This document shows, in pieces, positions 60,055 through 64,000 of a stretch of 64,000 nucleotides of DNA. A model generated the notes under the pieces. That model worked only from the letters and a program-made list of their open reading frames with translations. It did no database searches and was not told the DNA's origin. Source of the DNA: an uncultured delta proteobacterium (GTDB lineage: Bacteria; Myxococcota_A; Polyangia; Haliangiales; Haliangiaceae); contig CAWKDB010000010.1 of assembly GCA_963848295.1 (NCBI GenBank), forward strand, positions 128,001 through 192,000. Reading direction: 5' to 3'. Position 1 is the stretch's first letter. Each line of letters begins with the position of its first letter. The translations under genes were made by a program, and so were the position numbers.

Positions 60055-60106
60055 CGCGGCCATCGTACCGCGGGTGCATCGGCGCTCGCCGTGTCATGAT
60101 GTGGCG

Positions 60107-61795
60107 ATGCGCGGGCGCACGGTCACGGCCCTCATCGTTGTCGCAGCCAGCGCCGCGGGTCTGGCGGTCGCCCAGTCGCCGCATCCGATGCTGCACGAGG
60201 ACTTTCTGCCGGCAGGCGCGACGCCGACGCCGACGATCGGCGGCACGACGCCCGGCTCGAACCCGCAGGCGATCATCACCGGCGACAAGCGGCTGCCCAA
60301 ACCGTCGCTGTCGCCCGATCCCGATACCAGCGGCCCGAAGCCGGAGCCGGTGCTGGGCAAAGGTGGGTTCGCGACCGATCGCGACACGACGCTCGCGCTC
60401 GACAACAACACCGGCCCCGATTCGACGCTGCACTACGCGAGCGTGTTCAACCCCGATGTGCTGCCGTTCAAGCGCATGTCGGCGCTCGACGGCGTCACCC
60501 CCGATTACACGATGGTGATCAGCCACGACGCGCGGGTCAGTGTCCCGGTCGGCGGCACGACCGACAAGAGCCGCGACCGATTCTGGGGCTCGGTGCTCGT
60601 CGATCTCGAGCCGGGCGTCGAAGTGGCGCTGCCGAGCGTCGCCCCCGACATGCGCATCCTATCGTACGAGACCAGCCCGAAGGTCCCGGTGCAGTTCGAC
60701 AAGGATGGCGCCGACAACTTCTATGTCCGCTCCGACGAGTCTTACGCGCACGGCACGTATCGCCTCGTGTTCTACGTCGACGCCGACGCCGGTTACTTCG
60801 CGCCATCGCTGCCGCAGACGCCGATGCGCGTGCGCGATGTCGCCAAGGCCGCCCCGCCCGAGCTCCAGGTCACGCTGCCGCCCGAGGTCGAGCGCGAAGC
60901 GAACGTGACGCTCGGCAAGCTCGGGGTCGATCGCGATATGGACCTCGGCGTCGTGTTCAACCGCCTCGTCGGATACTTCCGCGGGTTCACGCCGAAGACG
61001 ATCATCAACCCGAGCGGCAACACGTATCGGGACCTGTGTGACAACCAGGCCGGCGTGTGCCGCCATCGTTCGTTTGCTTTCATGATCACCGCGAACCAGC
61101 TCGGGATCCCGACGCGATTCGTCAGCAACGAAGCGCACGCGTTCGTCGAGGTCTGGTTCCCCGAGCGCGGCTGGCAGCGCATCGATCTCGGCGGCGCGTC
61201 GCCGAGGCTCGAGGTCCAGAACGGCAAGGACAAGACCCTGCATCGCCCGCGCGCCGCCGACCCGTTCGCGAAGCCGGACTCGTATCGCAACACGCACACC
61301 CAGCTCGCCGGCGATATCACCGGTCAGCAAGTCGCCGACCGCGATCGGCCGCTCGACCAGGCGCCGCCTAGTGGCGCGTTCGGTCCTGGCCCGGGATCGG
61401 GCTCGAGCTCGTTCGCCGGCGCCGGCAGCGACGATCCGAACAACCGGATCTCGCCGAATCCGGGCTTGCCGGCGATCGCGCCGGACCCCGCGAAGCCGAC
61501 GCCGCGCGTCGCGATCACGCTCGCCGACGGGCACGCGTATCGCGGGGACGCGATCCACGTCGAGGGCATCGCGACCGTCGGGGGCAAGCCGCTCGCCGAC
61601 CACCTCGTCGATATCTACATCGCCCCCGCCGGCGGCCACGGCCGCCAGGAGGTGTCCCTCGGCTACGCGAAGACCGGCGCCGACGGCACGTTCCGCGTCG
61701 AGCTCGCGGTGCCGGCCGAGCTCAAGCTCCAGACGTACGAGCTCTACGTGTCGAGCCGCGCCGATGCCTACTACAACGGCGCCCTGAGCGACTGA
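60107..61795 (+). CDS. Secreted transglutaminase-like domain protein
   Basis: Signal peptide; GVCRHRS, HAFVEV, GWQRIDLGG Cys-His-Asp triad. Confidence 0.88.
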   Translation: MRGRTVTALIVVAASAAGLAVAQSPHPMLHEDFLPAGATPTPTIGGTTPGSNPQAIITGDKRLPKPSLSPDPDTSGPKPEPVLGKGGFATDRDTTLALDNNTGPDSTLHYASVFNPDVLPFKRMSALDGVTPDYTMVISHDARVSVPVGGTTDKSRDRFWGSVLVDLEPGVEVALPSVAPDMRILSYETSPKVPVQFDKDGADNFYVRSDESYAHGTYRLVFYVDADAGYFAPSLPQTPMRVRDVAKAAPPELQVTLPPEVEREANVTLGKLGVDRDMDLGVVFNRLVGYFRGFTPKTIINPSGNTYRDLCDNQAGVCRHRSFAFMITANQLGIPTRFVSNEAHAFVEVWFPERGWQRIDLGGASPRLEVQNGKDKTLHRPRAADPFAKPDSYRNTHTQLAGDITGQQVADRDRPLDQAPPSGAFGPGPGSGSSSFAGAGSDDPNNRISPNPGLPAIAPDPAKPTPRVAITLADGHAYRGDAIHVEGIATVGGKPLADHLVDIYIAPAGGHGRQEVSLGYAKTGADGTFRVELAVPAELKLQTYELYVSSRADAYYNGALSD

Positions 61796-61810
61796 GCCGC
61801 CAGACGATCG

Positions 61811-61840
61811 CATCGCGTCCGGCGAAGCAAGGACGCGATG
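61811..61840. terminator. GC-rich hairpin between convergent genes (possible terminator)
   Basis: CATCGCGTCC-N10-GGACGCGATG; no T run. Confidence 0.45.
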
Positions 61841-61856
61841 TCCTTACGGCGAAGGA

Positions 61857-63063
61857 GGCGGTCTCAACCCGTCAGAGCAACACCAATCGATGAGGATGGT
61901 GATGCATGGCGCGACCGACACTTCTGACACGTCTTGGGCCTGGGCTTATCGCGCAGTTGTGGAAGCTTAGGAGGGAAGGCCACACCCTGCGCAGGATCGG
62001 CGAAGCCATAGGCGTCGGCCAGCAGAGTGTATGGGAGCAGATTGCCAAGCTTGGTGGGGTGGCACCTCGGCTTCGCCAACGAAGGACGCAATCGTTGCGA
62101 CCCGAGGAACGTGAGGAGATCTCGAGATGGCTTGCGCGCCGGAAATCGGTCCGCTTCATCGCCGAGCAGCTTCACCGCGCACCGTCGACAATCTGTCGGG
62201 AGGTGAAGCGAAACGGCGGGGTGTTCCGATATCGCGCCGCAGCGGCTGAACGACGCGCCGCTCGGCAGCTGGCTCGACCGCAGGTATGCAAGCTAGCGCG
62301 GCGCCCTCGGCTTCAGAATTGGGTCATTCGAAAACTCCAGGAGCGCTGGTCTCCGCAGCAAATCGCCCACTGGTTACAGGTGACCTTCGCCGATGATGCA
62401 GGAATGCAGGTCTCGCACGAGACGATCTACCGAACCTTGTACGTGCAAACGCGAGGAGCGTTGCGCAAGGAGTTCACGCAGTACCTGCGGACACGCAGGA
62501 AGTTGCGGCAGCCGCGAACTGGGAGTTCGTCAGCCTCCGTCGTGGACGGCATTTCGATTAGTGAGCGTCCCGCATCGGTCGAGGACCGAGCAGTTCCAGG
62601 TCATTGGGAAGGCGATTTGGTGTTTGGAACGCCGTCGAACTGCATCGTCACACTCGTCGAGCGCAAGACCCGATTCGTGATGCTCATCAGGATCCCGTCG
62701 AAGGACACCAAGACCGTGACAACGGCGCTCAAGAAGCACATCCAGCGTTTGCCGAGCGAGCTCCGCAAGTCATTGACCTGGGACCGAGGCAGCGAGCTCA
62801 GCGCTCACAAACAGCTCTCCATCGATGCTGACATCGATATCTATTTCTGCGACCCGCATAGCCCCTGGCAGCGCGGCAGCAACGAGAACACCAACGGGTT
62901 GCTTCGCCAATACTTTCCGCGGGGCGAAGACATTGGGCGCCACGATCAGCGCCACCTCGACAAGGTTGCGAGGCAGCTCAACGGCCGCCCACGGCAAACG
63001 CTTGGCTGGCGTAGTCCTGCCGAGGTATTAGCGGAAGTGTTGCGCTGACGGGTTGATGCCGCC
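61857..63063 (+). mobile_element. IS30 family insertion sequence
   Basis: 27-bp IRs (61857-83; 63037-63; 3 mismatches), GGA duplicated on both flanks, visibly lower GC. Confidence 0.93.
61906..63048 (+). CDS. IS30 family transposase
   Basis: RAPSTICREVKRN, WSPQQI, SHETIY, GHWEGDL, LTWDRG, PWQRGSNENTNGLLRQYFP. Confidence 0.97.
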   Translation: MARPTLLTRLGPGLIAQLWKLRREGHTLRRIGEAIGVGQQSVWEQIAKLGGVAPRLRQRRTQSLRPEEREEISRWLARRKSVRFIAEQLHRAPSTICREVKRNGGVFRYRAAAAERRAARQLARPQVCKLARRPRLQNWVIRKLQERWSPQQIAHWLQVTFADDAGMQVSHETIYRTLYVQTRGALRKEFTQYLRTRRKLRQPRTGSSSASVVDGISISERPASVEDRAVPGHWEGDLVFGTPSNCIVTLVERKTRFVMLIRIPSKDTKTVTTALKKHIQRLPSELRKSLTWDRGSELSAHKQLSIDADIDIYFCDPHSPWQRGSNENTNGLLRQYFPRGEDIGRHDQRHLDKVARQLNGRPRQTLGWRSPAEVLAEVLR

Positions 63064-63088
63064 GGAATCCCTTTAGGGGGACTGAGCG

Positions 63089-63745
63089 TTAGTTCGTCAC
63101 GGTCAGCTCGATCGGCATCGTCACGAGCGTCGCCGCGCCGGTCGACGGGAAGTGCATCTTGCCGAGCGCGCGCTGCGAGCACGCGAGCACGCCGTGATCG
63201 AACAGGTACTTCGGGGCCTGCAGCTTGCTCTTCGTGACGCGACCGGAGCCGTCGACGATCATCCGCACGGTGATCGTGCCTTTGAGATCGGTGTTGGTCG
63301 CGGCCTGCACGACGCAGCCACCCACGCCGCCCGACTGGCTCGAGATAACGCCCTGAATCTCTTCTTGGCTGAGCGAGCGCGCGTCGCTGGACATGTCGAT
63401 CTTCTGCGCCGGCGGTGCGGTGTTATCGCCGCGCCACTCGAGCGCGCGATCGCTCGCCGACAGCTGCACGAGCTGCGGCGCGACGTCGGTGACCGTGTCG
63501 CCGCCACCCCAGCCCGGGTCGTCGCCGGTCTGCGGCGCGCCACCGGCGTTGGGGTAGCGCCCGCCCGAGTGATGGCGACGCGGCCGGGGCTTCTTGACGC
63601 CACCGTCGGTCTGCGCCGACGCGACCACCGCGGCGTCGCTCGGTCCGGGCGCGCTCGAGTGTCCGGCCCACGGCGGGCGCAGCGCGAGATACATTGCACC
63701 TGCTCCGACGCCGAGGCCGATGACGATCCCGAGCGAGCCACGCAC
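63089..63745 (-). CDS. Membrane-anchored AgmX/PglI (TonB-C-like) domain protein
   Basis: N-terminal TM; LSQEEIQGVI...GC...GTITVRMIVDGSGRV...AC...FP. Confidence 0.8.
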   Translation of the reverse strand: MRGSLGIVIGLGVGAGAMYLALRPPWAGHSSAPGPSDAAVVASAQTDGGVKKPRPRRHHSGGRYPNAGGAPQTGDDPGWGGGDTVTDVAPQLVQLSASDRALEWRGDNTAPPAQKIDMSSDARSLSQEEIQGVISSQSGGVGGCVVQAATNTDLKGTITVRMIVDGSGRVTKSKLQAPKYLFDHGVLACSQRALGKMHFPSTGAATLVTMPIELTVTN

Positions 63746-63749
63746 ACCG

Positions 63750-64000
63750 TTGTCTTATCACGAGCCGCAGCGCGGGGCCTTCCCGCCGATCGCCGCGCTC
63801 GCGGTCGTCGCGATCGCGATGGGGAGCTTCTACGCGGTCCAGATCGTCGGGCCCCTGATCGGCGCGCCCGAGCTCGTCGGGCTGGTCGTCAGCTTCGCGG
63901 CGCTGGTCGGGATCCCGGTCGTCGCGATGCGGGGCGCCGGACTGTCGGTGCGCGCGCTCGGGCTTGGCCGGCCGGGGCTGCGGCATTCGATCGCGGCGCT
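63750..64000 (+). CDS. 5' part of a membrane protein, possibly CPBP (CAAX/Abi) intramembrane protease
   Basis: Open frame with two TM helices then RALGLGRP; catalytic motifs would lie beyond the window. Confidence 0.4.
   Translation, partial: MSYHEPQRGAFPPIAALAVVAIAMGSFYAVQIVGPLIGAPELVGLVVSFAALVGIPVVAMRGAGLSVRALGLGRPGLRHSIAA

Noticed and set aside
59153..60106. N-terminal extension of the transglutaminase ORF (similar extensions at 17732, 28183, 35893, 14310)
   Set aside because: Overlaps other real genes; signal peptides and RBS or -10 boxes mark later starts
61795..61856. RNase P RNA 5' end (GAGCCGCCAGACGATCGC + hairpin)
   Set aside because: The conserved GAGGAAAGTCC that should follow is absent, even after removing the IS
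1..64000. tRNA, rRNA, prophage, defence or biosynthetic gene clusters
   Set aside because: No recognisable cloverleaf, rRNA, phage, nuclease, RT or PKS/NRPS motifs seen by eye; a covariance-model scan was not possible

Overview
Very GC-rich bacterial chromosomal window. The gene content (Hanks kinases with PEGA domains, FHA/sigma-54 activator, MYXO-CTERM protease, Cys-rich vWA lipoproteins, AgmX-type domain) points to a Myxococcota member; this is inference from content only. It holds about 55 genes: thrS, a DTW tRNA-modifying enzyme, msrB, a thiolase, an M1 aminopeptidase, a GT2/GT-C pair, an octaheme cytochrome, a four-gene cytochrome c/Tat operon, three tandem vWA lipoproteins and one intact IS30 element with 27-bp IRs and a GGA target duplication. 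No rRNA, tRNA or CRISPR was found. Most genes between about 45.5 and 59.3 kb carry small frameshifts, probably assembly errors. Strongest leads: (1) a lipoprotein with an in-frame UGA followed by a SECIS-shaped hairpin (52531-53058), a candidate new selenoprotein or readthrough gene; (2) a 57-bp double-hairpin element inserted in frame in the thiolase; (3) a lipoprotein fusing a truncated haemoglobin to a type-1 copper domain; (4) a kinase/PEGA/FHA-sigma54 module flanked by two outward-facing, identically spaced leaderless sigma-54 promoters; (5) a dispersed REPIN-like repeat family; (6) widespread leaderless gene starts. Protein family calls come from motif recognition by eye; no database search was run.
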